A DNA stretch of 64,000 nucleotides from Phoronis australis. Lineage: Eukaryota > Animalia > Phoronida. The notes below the pieces were generated by a model. That model was not told the DNA's origin. It did not search any database and worked only from the letters and a program-made list of their open reading frames with translations. Position numbers and translations under genes: made by a program. The DNA lies in assembly GCA_002633005.1 (NCBI GenBank), contig NMRA01000256.1, forward strand, positions 282,120 through 346,119. The letters run 5' to 3'. This document shows, in pieces, positions 11,708 through 27,800 of the stretch; positions within the stretch are counted from its first letter, which is position 1, and each line of letters opens with the position of its first letter.

Positions 11708-14363
11708 TTGGTCAGATGTTTCGATTGTGTCGTTTGGTGGGATGTTATGTTGATGGCGATTGGTTTGGATGTTATGATGGTGGTGATCGGTTGGATGGTA
11801 TCTTCATGAGCTGAAACAAACTAACTCATTGCAGTTTTAGGGAATCTTATTAGGCAATCGGTTTCTGCTGACACGATTCCCTACTCTCAAGTGACTATTC
11901 AAAAAGATGCTTGGTGTCACCAATGTAGCAACAGTACCTGTCAGTATAAGTGTATGTCTTTATGTAGTTTATAACATACTGTTATTCCATAAGTCCTCCC
12001 ATTCAGCTCTTAATTCTCCATCTATTCATGTTAGGACTAAAAGCATCTATAGTTGGTTCTGGTCTGGTTTTTGACATAATCTAGTGTGTTGTGCGATACT
12101 TTTTAGGTACTCATTTTTTTAAAAAGAAATGTGTCTGTGACGAGCAAAGATGACGAGGGATTTTTCCATTCATCTCTTTACAAATCGTGGCATTTTAAAC
12201 CTTGTTTAGCCACCTTTGAACAACTTTTCATAAATCACAGTGACAAGACCTTTGCTGAAATTGATGCAGGCGGGCGGTCACTTTTTTGGTTAGTGAGCTC
12301 AGGTGTCTAAGTGAGTCCGGTATGGGGCAGAACCAATGGTTGTCTTTGGCTTAATCTGAAGGACTCCTTTTCCAGGCAGCACGATTTTCCTATTCACCAA
12401 CAAAATTTGTTTTGTGGGTTTAGTATTCAAATGAATATGACATGCAAATTTTTCACTGGTAATCACCAGTTTCCAGTGCTGGCTTGAATCATGTCTCATC
12501 TGCTTAAGGTGTGAATAGGAAAATCATTCATCGTTAAACTCGCACTGGGCGATACTTTTCCTAATGTTTGATTCTTCATGGAAACATAACCAGCCAGTTT
12601 CAATACTGATAGACTAACAATTAAGCTCATTCTTGACCTAAAATAATGCACTCGCATGCCACTTCTCCAGTTCGCAGTTGTCAGATGTTGCAATTGTCTA
12701 TCATTTTAAGCAAATGGCTGGAAATAGAAAGTTTCAACATGCATGTCACAGGTGCCTTGTTTGAAACAAATTGCATTACGTAGAGGCCGCAGTCCCTCAA
12801 CTACAGACATGCCACCCACTCTTGAGACTTAAATAATTTGCATCAGTAAATAACTTGCATCAGTGAAATTAGTTTTTTGGTTAAGATTTTGGTCTTTTGT
12901 TTCAAAACTTAGTTTGCATATGTTTGGTGCTTATGGTGGAGAAAGAATGATGCACAAGGGAATGATTGTGGTAGTGAGCTGGGAACACTGCTCACGAGTA
13001 ACAGAGGTTTGTGATGGCTTGGTCTGTTCAAAGGTGACCAGATGGAAAGTTTTGGATACAGACCATGTGCAGCTGTGATTCTGTGTGTAATACTAGACAT
13101 GGTCATCTCACTGCAACTGTTTTAGGTGGTTTATGACAAGTTGAAGTAGAATGACTCTGTTTTGGAAATTTCTTCCGTATTTTTGAAAAAAAAATAGGTT
13201 TCAAAACTACATTGGGGTCGTTGAAAACAACATTGTACTGATGAAGGGGTGACTTTGTGCCAAGTTTCTCATGAGTTACGATAGAATTTGTTTGACTAAC
13301 CATCCAGATATTTAGCTTCCAGAGTCCCCTAAGTTTATCTTAGACTGATATTTACCATGTGCTTGGGAGCACTTCCAGACAAACGGGTAACAGTGTATAG
13401 ATTTAAAATCAAGGTCTCTGAGCAAATCTCTTTATTTTGCTGAAGTTAGACAGCTGCTCAGAAATGGGAAGCATTGTTGCATTTTGCGATTTTGATATTT
13501 TGTTTATTACTTTCTGTGGCAAGTCTTATGCAGTAAAACAACTCGTTTTATAGGTAACTACACTGCGTTTATTATGTCGATTTAAAGCATGATAATATTT
13601 TCCTTAAAATACATGAGAGAACAGGTTTTTGTTCTGCAGAAATGAGAATCTCGTGAAAATGCAAGACTGCGAGATATTGCCATGTACTATTACAAGCAAA
13701 GCATGTGATCGCACTAGTTTCCTTAATGGGATTTTTGCATCTGTGAAACACATCCCAGCTTGCTGCAACAACACCTGTGTGGATGTTCGATGGGAATTGG
13801 CCCACAACAGCACACAAAAAAGGGTTAACCCATGTAACTGCATTGCATAGTGCTTCACTGTTATAGTCACAGGTTAAACCATATGACTTCTGTTCACCTC
13901 CGAGAGTTTTCAGGTTGCAGCAAACAGCTGTGTACCTTTTATTGTAAGTATGCAAAGCATTGCTCACACAATATGACCACTTAAGGACATGGTGTGACAG
14001 ACGAGAATTTTTTAAACAGTGGCACCAAAAATGTTTTACCATAGATAACCACCAGACCTGTTGTGAAAATGTCAACATTCACAATGGTAGAAACCTTTAA
14101 AAAATGAAAAGGGTCAATTTTTGGTAATTCCTTTTGTCTGAAATTGGGAGAGTATTTTTGTCAAATTACTGATTCAACTGCATACAAACCAGAAATTGCT
14201 ATTTTTGGGTTAACCTTCACAAAGCACACAATGCATTTATAATTGCTACACTTGGAAATGCCAAATGTATAGAACATGGGTGTTAAAAACATAGCTTGTG
14301 GTAAGCAACAAATTTTAAGAGAGCTTATAATGTGTTCAAAAACCTGAACAGGTTGCAACTGTT

Positions 14364-15508
14364 GATTTTACAATGAAGGTTGTTAGCCAAATTTATAAGT
14401 ACAATAAACTCACGCCTTCAATAAGGCCACTTACCAATACAAAATCATCCTTGTCTAAGCTTGGCAAGAACTAACGGACAAGATTCGTTGATTCCTGGTG
14501 TTTTTTAAATCAATTCTCAATACTCGTACATGCGATGGAAAAGAATGCAATGACAGGTAAATTATGCTACTAACTTAAGAAAGATGTTTTTTACACCATG
14601 GGATGAGAATTGTTAAACACACAGGTCAAACCTCTTTCCAGAACAATCCTTGTTCAATAGTGAGCCTTGAGACAATATCATTTTGTTTGCGTAGCTAGTT
14701 ACTTCTTGCCCAGGTTGAGCAAGATGAAAATCATTGTTGACGCATTACTGTCCAATGAATGTCGAGTGCTCTACGAAATGCGAAATCCTGTCAAGAAGCA
14801 ACATACTGACATAACTGCCACGAAACAATAAATTTGGCATGAAGTTCACTTCTAAGCACATTAAATGGAAACTTCCATGACCACACCTCACTGTTGCTCC
14901 AACAGTGTCATAATTGTTAAGCATTCATTNGATTTTACAATGAGGGTTGTTAGCCAAATTTATAAGTACAATAAACTCACGCCTTCAATAAGGCCACTTA
15001 CCAATACAAAATCATCCTTGTCTAAGCTTGGCAAGAACTAACGGACAAGATTCATTGATTCCTCGTGTTTTTCAAATCAATTCTCAATACTCGTACATGC
15101 GATGGAAAAGAATGCAATGACAAGTATATAAGAGCAAATTATGCTACTAACTTAAGAAAGATGTTTTTTACACCATGTGATGAGAATTGTTAAACACACA
15201 GGTCAAACCTCTTTCCAGAACAATCCTTGTTCAATAGTGAGCCTTGAGACAATATCATTTTGTTTGCGTAGCTAGTTACTTCTTGCCCAGGTTGAGCAAG
15301 ATGAAAATCATTGTTGACGCATTACTGTCCAATGAATGTCGAGTGCTCTACGAAATGCGAAATCCTGTCAAGAAGCAACATACTGACATAACTGCCACGA
15401 AACAATAAATTTGGCATGAAGTTCACTTCTAAGCACATTAAATGGAAACTTCCATGACCACACCTCACTGTTGCTCCAACAGTGTCATAATTGTTAAGCA
15501 TTCATTTT
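14364..15508. repeat. ~570-bp near-identical tandem duplication split by a single N (14930); probable haplotype overlap artefact
   Basis: 14364-14929 and 14931-~15508 differ by a few SNPs and one short indel. Confidence 0.85.
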
Positions 15509-15724
15509 CAGTAAATTCAGAATATTACTTTAAATTGAGAGTAGGGAACAGACAATAGAAATTGAAAACTGTTCTATTACCAAGAAGATACTCCGTGACA
15601 CTAGTTACTGCAAGCACAAATTAAATTGAATTACTAACATGCACTTAAACATCCACTAAATGAATTTGACATACAATAAATACAGACACTGACAGATATT
15701 TTACTTAAACACAAGACACGCATT

Positions 15725-15862
15725 TTAACTTGAAAAGCGCTGATGTATTTTCCTTAGCTGATCAGGCTGCACGTGTATAGGAATTGTCTCCCCTCGTCCA
15801 CTGCCCACGGGAACTGTTATTCGACCAATGCAATCGCTTGAACCCATCTTTTCATGCAGCAC
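15725..15862 (-). CDS. DCTN1: DCTN1 terminal coding exon (VLHEK...IGRITVP...[11 protein letters not shown])
   Basis: 138 nt including TAA. Confidence 0.92.
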   Translation of the reverse strand: MLHEKMGSSDCIGRITVPVGSGRGETIPIHVQPDQLRKIHQRFSS

Positions 15863-18800
15863 CTAAAATAAGCACAATTATTACATATTCACACATCCAC
15901 TTGACTGGCACGAAATATAGAAAAAGAAAAACAATCAGAAATGCATTATGAATAGCCTCCACATATGAACATCAACAATTAGCTGCCAGTTATTCCCAGT
16001 GGGAGATAACGGATTGGCAGGAAAATGAGATGGTGCTCGCGTGTGTGGTTTGATCCACTGCACTGCGTAGGAATGACGTGTCAAGCACAAAGGGAAGTTT
16101 AATGGTCAAAATGGCAGATAAATAGATTACTACATGTACTTGGTAGTTATTCAGCATGTCCAGACTCCAAGTGGGTCTGAATATTGGAAATAGCAGTCTC
16201 CCTGAGTAATAATCTATATTTCAGTAACATGCATGACTAAAAGGTACCCAGACAGTTACACACAATCCCGAGTCATATCCTACACAAATCAAGTCAGCCT
16301 ATGAGGATTGTCAAGACATGACATATAAGCTTTAAAAGTTTACGAATGAAACATTCCACACAAGGTCACTTGATTCTGCACACTCAGATCTTGTAGAGCA
16401 GTTCTCAAGTATACCCTTGCTACCCAAACCTACAACCTACACCTACCTTAGCATATGAGGGGGTAGGGAAGACTGAGAAGTCTGACCGCACTTGACCACC
16501 ACTACGACTGGATGCTAGCATATTGGTCACCTGTACTTGTAACTAAAATAAAAAGTAAAAGGAGTTAATGTCTATAAAATTCATATTAATGAGAAAAAAG
16601 TTTTTTCTTGAATTATAACTGAACTTCTGAAATGTGTCAACATCGAAGAATTGTCACTCAATTTTTATAAAAACCATTTGGTGATTATTACAAGAAACGC
16701 ACAGAACGAAAATTGTCAAGGCTTGATTAGAGTACTGGACACAAACTTCCGTGTCAAATAATTCTAAAAAAATTCTAATCCTGATGGCAAAACACCTTTA
16801 AGGAAGAGGTGTGTGGAAGAACTTTTAAAACTATTAGACACCTGTCGTTCCAAAAGTGACACTTTGGCACTTGCATCTATATGTGAAACATTTGAACAAT
16901 AGCAATGCTGGGGGGTTGACAGATGCCCACAGTGAATCATAACCGATGTGTTTCTAGGGATCACTAGGTTTTGCAATAGTCTAATCAGCCAGAAAATGAA
17001 ATGATGCTTTTGTCATCGCATGTTAAGTTTCATTAAAAGCCATCAATTGGTTCTTTAAATATTATTCAGAAACACTCTTTCCTCAAACAACACTTTAAAA
17101 GCCCCTTATCACGGTGCTGCAATAGACAAATATATCCAAAAATGAAGGGTCCGGCGTTTTGACATCACAAATGTCTCTCAAGTTTCGCTGCTATCCATCA
17201 ATTGGTTTTTAGATATCATCTGGCATTGCTCTTCCCTAAACAACACTTGAAAACCCCTTGTTGAGACCGAAATGACCACTAGGAGGTGTTGCAAATGTCA
17301 AATCGAGCAGACAATTGGACACCCGGACAAAGTGATGAAAATCTGTGATCACCTACATATTTGAGCACATAAAAAGTGCATTATTTGGAATATAGACACA
17401 AGGGCATAAAAGCATTCACACAGTGTGCGAATACTGCGTGAAATGGGCAATGCCTGGAAGGGTAGAGGACGCGTGTCTGGCAGTCATTGTATAGTGGGTG
17501 GCTTGCTGACAGGCTGAATACCCCTTGGTGTCCTCCAGGTGCTTGCAAACATCTTGTTGCTGCTGCTTGACAACATATTCATGCACTGAATTGTATGTGG
17601 CCTATTTAAACTGTCTCACCTCGGATGCTTGCTGTTGCAGTCTCGTCAGTTTAGTCACCTCCTCCACTAGCTGACTAGCAGGACTAGCCTTTTCAATGAC
17701 TGGCTCTGTCCCAGGTTTTCTGCTGGAGATGTCCACTACCTTGGGACATGACATCATCTCGTACAGTTCCTGCAAAGGGCAACACTTTCAAATCCACAGA
17801 TTCCATAAACCATTCAAGCAAGCCGACCGCAAACGCTCACTTTTCTATAACACTAAAATTTGTTGCAACTGAAGTTCACTGTAACCTGAGTACAGCTAAC
17901 TCGAGACTTGTACTTTATAACCAAGCAAAAGTTTTTAACCTTTTACCATGGTGTAGTAACACAAAAAATGATTAACTGACTGAACGTAACATTTCACCTA
18001 ATATAAATCCATGAATTTCACTGCCACAATCACTAAGCATTCAGAGACATACCTAATTCCAAGATCAGGACATAAGTGAATTTAATTAAATGTTTTAACC
18101 TAAAAGTGCTCTATAGTAACTCAGGGTTGTTCCAGCAAAATCTGTGTGGGAGGGGGGGAAGGCAACTGAAATAAAAATTTATGGGTGGTTGCGTTTGATT
18201 TAAATTTAAAATGGCTGGTGGTCGTACTTCAAAAAAATAAAAATTTACAGGTCGTTGTTTTTTCATTGGGCCATAAATGTTTGATGGTGGGTAATTTTAG
18301 TAAATTTTATAAACAATCCGCACAGAATCAAAAACTGAAACAAAAATGCAACTGGCAAAAAGTTCCAACTTTTTCACTCCCTCCGGTCTCCTCATCGGCA
18401 TGCCCATAACACCATTTAACCACAGGTGCTCGAATTTCTCGACAGCTAATAACCATATGTAAGAAACATATGTTTTCTTAGTAATGAATGACGTTAGTGG
18501 TGATGGAGGAACAGATAAACTCAAGCGCCTGTGCAGTCAACCACGAGAACAAAAAAAAATTACGGGTGGTTGCATTTCAAACTTATAAAAAATTACGGGT
18601 GGTAGGCTGAAGAAATAAAAGAAAAATGTGGGTGGTGGGTGCGAAAAAAAGGTGCCTTCCCCCCCCTCCCATACAGATTTTACTGGAACAGCCCTCATAT
18701 TAAATGCTTTATATTTCTTTGACTAGGATCATCATGGCTTACTCAAAACTTATCAGCATTATTGAGACTGAAAACTTAATTGAAAAAATAAAACTTTTGG

Positions 18801-21800
18801 CAAAATTTAAAAGTGGTATAATAATTTATTTAACAAAATGGGAAACAAATGGAATGCTTTAAGACGATAATACATTACATGCCAAAATAATGAGACAAAA
18901 TGATCCGGAATTCACCGTCCTGACCACCAATACCAGTCATGATGGCTGATAGTAAAAGTTACTGCAATTCACCATTAGAGTAGACAGAATGGGTAACAAC
19001 CCACCATTTTTTTCTAATTACTTAGGCATGTATTGTAAATGATTACATGCAAATGGTCAAGGGCTCATGAATATGTTAAGTCTTCGCACCTTCAGAATAC
19101 CATTGGACTTCTTTGACAGATTGTTGAGATCGTTATGCCCTGAAACAGTATCCGAGACCTCACCCAGCTTGACCAGCCCAGCGCCACTGGTTAGACCTAC
19201 TGGCTTTTTTGGCACATTCAAGGGCTTCAGGGATGACATCTTCTTCTGGAACACAGGCACAGTAACAATAACATTAAAACTACTGGTATTCAATTACAAA
19301 GCATCTATTTTCAAAAAAAAAATCAACACACCGAAAATATAAAATAATACACATCATGTCACAATTTTTAGTTGTAAGCACATTATCAACATTTAAACCT
19401 CCGTCACTGTACAGAGCACAACTGCAGAACTGCAGAATGTCTTTTGAAATATTACACGCTTGAGCTTCAGTAAATGTTACCAGGAGTCAGGGTCAATTCC
19501 ACCATACTTTGCACTGTGCCAGCAAAGTACAAAAACTGCCACTGCCAACAGACAAGATATCGGGAACGCTGAATGATCGAAGTAGTGTTCTCCAGAATAG
19601 AAAATTCGATGGGAATCAAAAAATTCTTGTAGTATACGCGTTCAAAAGTCCATGTTCAATCAGTGGGGAGTTTGCATCCTATGTCTTGGAATAAAGGCAT
19701 TGAACTGGAGTCATAAGTTAAATGCCCTAATTTGGTTAAGAAATAAGCCATTTCCAAAAAATTAAAACTCGTTGCATAGAAAGCCCAAACACGGCAAGGC
19801 GAAATTCACCCTCCTGCTGTGATGATTCAAAATAAGTGGTGGAGAACACTAAGACTTACTTCCTTCTTTGTGAGCGTGTGCACTAATAAAGTAGAAACAC
19901 TACTCGCGAAACACAAGCAAAATCTTACACGACCTCGACAAACTTGCACGATTCTTGTTATTTTACTGAATGCACTCCGGCTATTGTTAACAGATGCACT
20001 CCAGTTAATAATAACAGATGCACTCCAGTTACTGTTAACAGATTCCAGTCATCAAACTCAGAATAACACTTTGCCATGTTGTTGTTAGCTCGTTCTACTT
20101 TAGAAATAATTTATGAAAATTATCTGAGCTATATTCAGAGACTTTGTACTTTCACTGAGGCGAGATAAACTTATTTTTCAGAAATAGGTCTGACTGTAAG
20201 ACAAAGGCACCTAATCGTGAAACTGTTGCCCTAAGCTGACAAAAGCTGTGGTCACCACTTACTCTCATTGTCTCCCCTTGCAGTCTGATGTTCTCATTCC
20301 TGACGTGTTTCAGGGCCAGTTTGAGGGAGTCGACCCGCTGTAGGAGCAGAGGCGAGTCCTTGACCACCGATGGATAGCCGGGGCTGGCCGTGGGACTACT
20401 GGGGGACGCCATGGCTGCAGAAGTGATGGAGACGGGGTGCATTAATTAACCCACCAATACAACCGGTGGAAACAATCACACTGTTCTAGTGGTGGAAAGA
20501 CACAATCATGATAAGCGTCACCAGGTACACTGTCTTATTCACTGAGAATGTTCTATATTGTATTAATAATTCAATATCCTACTTTTTCAGAATGTATAAT
20601 TCAAATTTTCTGATTCAGTCAAAAACTAAGACAGAATATTGCAAAGCACAGAAACATTTTTTTTTTCCATAAATCACTGTTGCGATATAATCCAATCATT
20701 GGCGATTAAAAAACACTTAACGAATCTTTCACTGCAAAGATCACAGACAAAAAGCACAAAATTTTCAAAGCACAATGTTCAAAAACTCACTCGGATGTTT
20801 TCAATAGGTAACATTATTATGCGACGTCTTCCTCCTACGACATGTTTCCAACCCCAGAGATTCATGACCAGCTTAAAAACAGTTAAATATTCTTATTTGA
20901 AACACTATACTGAATGCCAACAGCCATTCTGCCAATCACGCTACTTACGTGAGCCCCCAGAGCCTGTCACCAGAGCGGCCACGCCTGACTGTCGACTGAG
21001 TCCCTCCAGCAGACTCTTCTTGGACAGGACTCTAAGCCTCTCTTTCAACTCCGCTTTCTCACGTTCCAGTGCATCAATGTCTTGTTGTAGGGCGTCCATG
21101 GTCTCATCAAACTCTCTGCAAATTATTAGTCACATAAGTTACCACAGACTCTAAAGTATAGCCATTTTCAATATAGCGGTGACATTTATGCCTTGTCGCT
21201 AGATGACAATAGTGTAGTTGGTGGGCAACATTTAGGACTGTGTATATTAATACTGTGAGACATTTCTCAGTCTTTTTTACAAACTCTTTGCGATCATCAT
21301 GCCGTAAAATTGCCAATTTTGTACGGTGAGATACTCGAATGATTCACAAAAATTACCCAACATCTCAAAAGGTCCCTGCCAAATAAGTGAATTAGCGTAC
21401 TTAATAAATTTGCTGAATCATAACCCTGTATCCAATCTTAATGAATTCAGTAGTCTTCATCTTACTTTTCTTTCTTCTTCAACAGGGCATTTGCCTCATC
21501 CAACTTGCGCTGAATCTTGCCACTTCTTTCATCCCCCTCTTTACCCGCAGACTCCAGCTTCTTCTCCACCAAGCCAACTCGGATTTGTTGCTGGCTCAAC
21601 TCTTCTTGCTGAAGTGAAAAAAAAAAAACAGTTTAAACAAAATCCTTTCTGTCCTTACCAATAATCACTTTGTTTTAAACTAACTCTGATGCTTTTGTAT
21701 GGGTTTTGAAAAAAGATCGAGTACTTTGCTAAGACTTTCAGTCAAGTGCTATATTTTCGTTTTCAAGTAGCAAGACAGTTTCAAAAATGATTTGGGTGTG

Positions 21801-24800
21801 CAGGCCTGAACCAAATAGTTACAGATTTTCGGACTTAAATTTCCGGGTTTAGGAAGGACTGACAGTTTGTTATTACTTGACAACTGGCTCAAGATGGTGG
21901 TTTGTCACAGACAATCCTTTTATGCGCCAAACATGGTCTCAAGCAATAATAAACTGCCATTTTTTGCACAAAAACTGCAAAGTCTATTTCTTTACTCTAA
22001 CAGCTACAAACCTGCTTTTCTGTCTACATTTCACATCCTATGATCTCTACTGTCCAAAACGATGACTACCAACTTACACCAATGTGACCCCTGAACTGAT
22101 GCCACAAATCCTACCTTCAGTTTAATAAACTTCTTCAGCTCCGTAATCTCGCCATCTTTTCCTTCCAGCTTGTACCGAAGGTTTTCGATGTCCGACATTT
22201 GACCTTTGATCTCCTTGGCTCTAATGTGCAATGGAGGGTCCGGCTACAGCGAAATGAAATGACTTTTGCACTAAATAGTTATGGATGAGCTGAAACTCAT
22301 ACCCAGTGTGGACATGGTGTAAAGTAATAACAATAATACTTGCTAAAAATGAGATGAATTTGAAAAACTGATCTGATTAAGTGCTGTACAGAAATAATTC
22401 ACATTCCTTCTTGTAATCTACGCCAATGTCTTTCAACACGTCTCCATCAAATTTCAGACTTATATATTTAGCATGCGATCAGATGATAATTCAGTAAAGA
22501 TGTTTTTTGAAAACCGACGCCAAGTGATACACAAACCCAGGCCTTACCTTTTTCATTTGTTGGGATGTCGGAGTGTCGTAGTCTCCATTTTCAATTGACG
22601 TGGCTATCTTGTTCAGTACGTTGAGAATGGGTACAAACGTGTTTCTGCAAAACATTGTCAATAGAGAACGGACTCCACTCAAACCACATCTGTTACCCAT
22701 GAAAATTGAACCTAAATTCATATATATATACCAAATTTCTATTTCAATCACCTCTGAGATAAAATTTAAGCAACATTAAGCACACTTTCGGAGACCACCT
22801 CAATAGCCATTTTCTAGAATCATAGTAACGACAAGAAGAAAATACTCTTTGACACAACAAAGTTGAATATTTCAAAATGCACATGAATGAAAGAAATTGC
22901 ATTCATTTGTGCCAACTCAGCTGTCTTGCTCACCAAAATTAGACATCGTGTCAAATGAAAGATGCTTTTGCATTCTCACAAAGGTAAAGAGCTGTATGCA
23001 GATTGTTTCCTGTTTGAGGTAAAACAAGTTTGAGATGGTTCGTCAGGTACAAAGTATCGCCTTTGAGTTACACAACAGATGTGGTAGAATCAAGTAAGTG
23101 TTTTTATCAGTAAAATAGCATGGATTTATAAATCAATAGCCATTGACACTGTTTTATGTCCCAAAGTAATAGCGATACTAAATGCACTTGACCTTTGTTG
23201 TGTCATGCACAATATATCTTTAATATGTAGCAAGGGTGACTTCAGAAATAACAAATTCCAAATACCGCACCTTTCAGTGAAAACATTAGAACCCTGAGAT
23301 TATAAGTGGAAACTACAACAGTAAACTCTGGTAATTTCATGAGGCTAAATGGGAGAAACAGTGACCAACTTGTTTCATTCGGACCCTAAATAGGGACAGA
23401 ATGTGAGTACATCACACCCCTAGCAACTTCACCAAATAACACACTAACACTATGAGAATGGACTATTCACATGCACTAACACATTATCTCCCCTGTACAA
23501 TGATATATTTAACTTGCAGTATGGCATCCACCAATCCATTCATTGATAAAAACCTGGAGGACCAGCTGAAACGTCTGTCGCTAACTAAATCATCTCTTAT
23601 TAAGTAATTTTCTAATTACCCAATGTCACTGAGACTGTATAAGCAATATATTTTCTAAGACCAACACAAACCAGCAAAATTCAGCAAAAATAGCTTTTGA
23701 AAATCTGAAGCTCACGCCACGGCACCTGTGAACCATACCGATTTCCACATAAACCACATGCTTTCTAAACCACATCTTAAACAGCAATTTCCCATTATAA
23801 ATTTTCACCCAATTTAATTACCCACAGAAAAGTGGAAAGAGTTACAACCAAAATGGCGGAATCCCGCAGACTACCCCGCTGGCGTGAGGTCACACTTTCC
23901 ATCCTAATTAGGTTTACTAGGACAGATGGTCCAGGTCCACTTACCTGAGGCAGTCAAATGGTCCACTCTCGTCTTTAGTGAACACCTTGTCCACTGCCTG
24001 GTAGGCCAGCTGTTCAACCTTCTTGGCCAATAAACCTTGATGGTCTGGAAGGGAAACAAACCTCCAAGATTATCCAAAAAAGGTAGATACATTTGAAGGG
24101 CTTTGAGAACTTGCCAGGTAACGCAGTAAAACTATCATTTTTACTTTTAGTCTAGTGACTAAATAAACATGAACTAAAGATTAGGTTTTACAATAAGACC
24201 AGAGAAACTATATTTGAATCTGATGTGTTGACGTTTTAAAAACTGATGCTTGGACATGTATCTTTTAAATGCATCATCAAAAACAAAAATTTACCTGATA
24301 TCACCTAAAGAGGCAAATGGTTTCTTTAATCAGCTAAAAACCACTGATTCCTAGTCAATCAAACCTACAGGGATTATAGGCGAGTTGATAAGCCACTGTG
24401 TTAAAAATTAATTACAAGACTTAGTTTAATGTATTTGGGGAGGCTTTTGAAAAATTTTAGGTTTGTGCTTTCTCTTTTTTGCAACTTCAAAAATGAGTTG
24501 GACGAAGACCAGAATCAAATAATCTTTTTAGCACAAGAGGAAAAACTTACACCACTAACCTCAGACAAAGAGAGATTACTGGTGCACACCTCAGGTTGAT
24601 CAATGTGACTAATACCTTGGGGCACGTAATATGTACTTCAACAGCAAGACAGTCTTATTTTGATTAATTCTGCATTAAGATGAAGCAATTCTGATTCGGA
24701 AATGAGGTGAACAAAGTAACATTAGTCTAGTTTTAGAACTGCAGGACTCATAATGCTATCTATGTTTCGTTTTATTAAACCACCTCAAACTCGTTTCATC

Positions 24801-27800
24801 TCAGTTTGGCATAGCACTGTGTCTCCGAAAGCATGCACAGTCTCTCTAAGTAAAAACCTAAAATACTAACAAAATTACCAACGAATCCATTCTATGACCA
24901 CTAGCCACATTTTCTAAGAAAGCCTACTGAGGAATCAAATATTAACCTTATGTTCAAGAGGATAAAAAGGACAAGAGACATTAATTTGCTCCAGTTAGCT
25001 AATTTAAAAATTAGTAGACTATATCAACACGACTTTCGTAGAGCATGCATAACCTACAGCCTGTGACATATTTTGAGATTCGAGTGCATGCAGGAAACAC
25101 ATAGATGTTGACATATGACATTGTCAATCGTGAGTAATGTCCACAACAGAAACCAGGGGGCCTGTGTCTTAAAGAGCACAAATCAGTAATCTGACTACGA
25201 ATAGTCAAAAGTTAATTTTTCGGCTTCAACATTTCTTGAAACCTTTTATCTGCTGTCTAGTAGAACAGACTACAGAATTTTGTCTTTATACACCGAGTTG
25301 TAGACAGATTTTCTGGCTTTCAAAATTAGCCTGACTCTTGCGAAACAGACAAAGTCACCGGAAATGGACTTTTACTGAAAACTCTTTACAAAACAGGCTC
25401 CTGGTCAAAGTTCTAAAAGAAGATTTGTGATTCTTGTGCAAGGAAAACCACAATCCAGAGAAATGTATCCTGCAACTAGAACAAGAGAATAAAAATCAAA
25501 ATGTTTTTGAGCATAATAAAATCATATGACGATCTGAAAATTGTCTACCTTAAAATTGTTGCATCAGAAATCATAGTGAAATCTTGTATCAGAAATTGGC
25601 AAGTTCTTGTTGAAGTATGCCAAAAGTCTTAAAACAAAGCAGAAAAATAGACACTGAATTAGTTAAAATAAAATGTATTTGCATGAACTCGTTGCCCATT
25701 TTTTTATGAAACGATGTTTTGAACACTACTACAGGGTGACGAACAACAACAACAACAACTAACTATTACTACAAACTACTAACTACTGCTAATAGCACTA
25801 GTGCTACTAAAACAAGTGGTACTAACACTTTGTCTAGTGCTACTAATACTAGTGTTAGTAGCACTAGAGTTAGTAACACTAGTGCTACTAACACTAGTGC
25901 TACTAACACTAGTATTACTAATACAGCCACAGCCATCATCACTATGGTACCGCTGATGACACTACTCAAAACAATCAGCAGAATCGCATTATTCATGTCA
26001 GTAGCAGACAACGGCTGTAAAGACTGCCTACAGTGTCACACTATAAGTACAGCCGACCTATTTCATTACCGCCCAACACCAAGACTCATACACAAAAAGC
26101 CTGCTAGAACTCAAGCAGTTAGATGCAAGTAAAGAACCAGGACCCATTGTAACAAAGGCTGTAAATCCAGTCACAGTCAAATGTGTTTTTAGAAGAGATG
26201 ATAATTAATGTTAAAACTTGCGTAATGATGATTTTCCATATTCAGACTAAATGCACGCCGTCGTGTCAACAGTGCACAAATTAAAATCAAGGTTACGAAA
26301 GTCATTGCTACGACTGCACTAACGATCCAGGACAAAATGATAGTTTACAAAATTATTTTCATCTAATTTCAAATAATCTGTCATAAAACTTAGGATATCA
26401 GCCCAGAGTTTCAACATTGAAAAAGGGTGTGAACATGGTGTACCAAGAGAATACAGAATGTGAACTGTGTTTGGCAGGAGAAATAAGGTAAAAAAATCAT
26501 TCTATTCTTAACTGTTCTTTATATGAAAGCCTTTAAGAGAAATTTATGACAGATGCTTCGTATGACTTCCTTGGTGTGATTGATCTAGACGGTAAAATGA
26601 TGAGAATGTAGAAAAAATGACTGGATACTAGTTTTTGGCTTTCAAAAAATAACAACAAAACCTCACTAGTATTTCTTGAGTATCGATGCGGATGTGATCA
26701 ACAGGTCTGCGGCCGAATGATTGTGAACAAACCCATCTCAAACACAGAACGTTCAAAGTGTTTCAAGTGAGCAGTTTTTGTTATATAATCTCATCACATA
26801 TTGATTTCATGTCGCCAATGCCAGACTCTTAAGCCAGATAATCTTGCTATTAATGGCAGGCTCACACAGTGTGGATGATGAACAAACCACATGACAACAG
26901 TTATATAGCTGTAAGCAAGACAACAGCATATGCCATGCATTACCTTGGCCCGGTGCCAGACGACCTGACAACAAACCAATTAAAAACTGAGACTTGATTT
27001 AAGTTCTTTACCAAATTACTTCACGCAGAACACACACAAAATAAACAGGACACTCAGTGACATCTGGCCTAATTTTTCTCGTTAAGAGGGAATGAAAAGA
27101 GCAAGGGTTTTAGTACTTAAAACAGGTACAATCACATTTAACACAAACACTTGTAACTATCTACTGAAGAGTAGTGAATCCAAATGTTGAGTAAAATACC
27201 TCATAAACAAATGCTATAAAATTTCTTGCAAGAAGTTCAACATCTCAGTTGCTCTGGTGTACAGTAAATGCCTGACACAATACAGGTATTTTTTTACAGC
27301 GAAAATCTTTTGAAATGAAAATAATATAGAATAGCATGTTCACCATTACACCAACTTTTTGGTAAATTCCTCATCCTTCCCAGTCATGCCAAAACCGCTA
27401 ATATTACGATGAATTTCACTTGCGTCCAGCCATCATTGACATGGCATTCTCGGCCATTTTGTCTGACTACAGCTGACGTGTGCTGTACGTTAACTTGCAA
27501 GAGCCTAGTAGTTACTAGATAGTGTGATACAAAAAGTTACCAAGTGAGCAGTCAAAACCAATTTTACCCAAGTGTGAATAATAACGCTGAAAACGTCTGG
27601 GAAAAACAAATGTGCGTACTTGCGATTAAGGCTGCCTCAGAGCTTGAGGCTTTGCCCATCTCCTGCATAACAGTCACCATGTTGTTTACACTGTCTGAGC
27701 AGTCCTTAAGAGAATCCAGAATGTCATTTGGGATTGTGACCTGTACCCCGCTACCATCAGATTGAGGTAGATGGCGCTTGATCTAGATGAAATGAAATGC

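Noticed and set aside
14364-15508. Biological tandem duplication in the 3' UTR region
   Set aside because: The junction is a single N and the differences are allele-like.
25769-26132. Membrane protein or mucin-like ORFs
   Set aside because: Products of an intronic low-complexity repeat.
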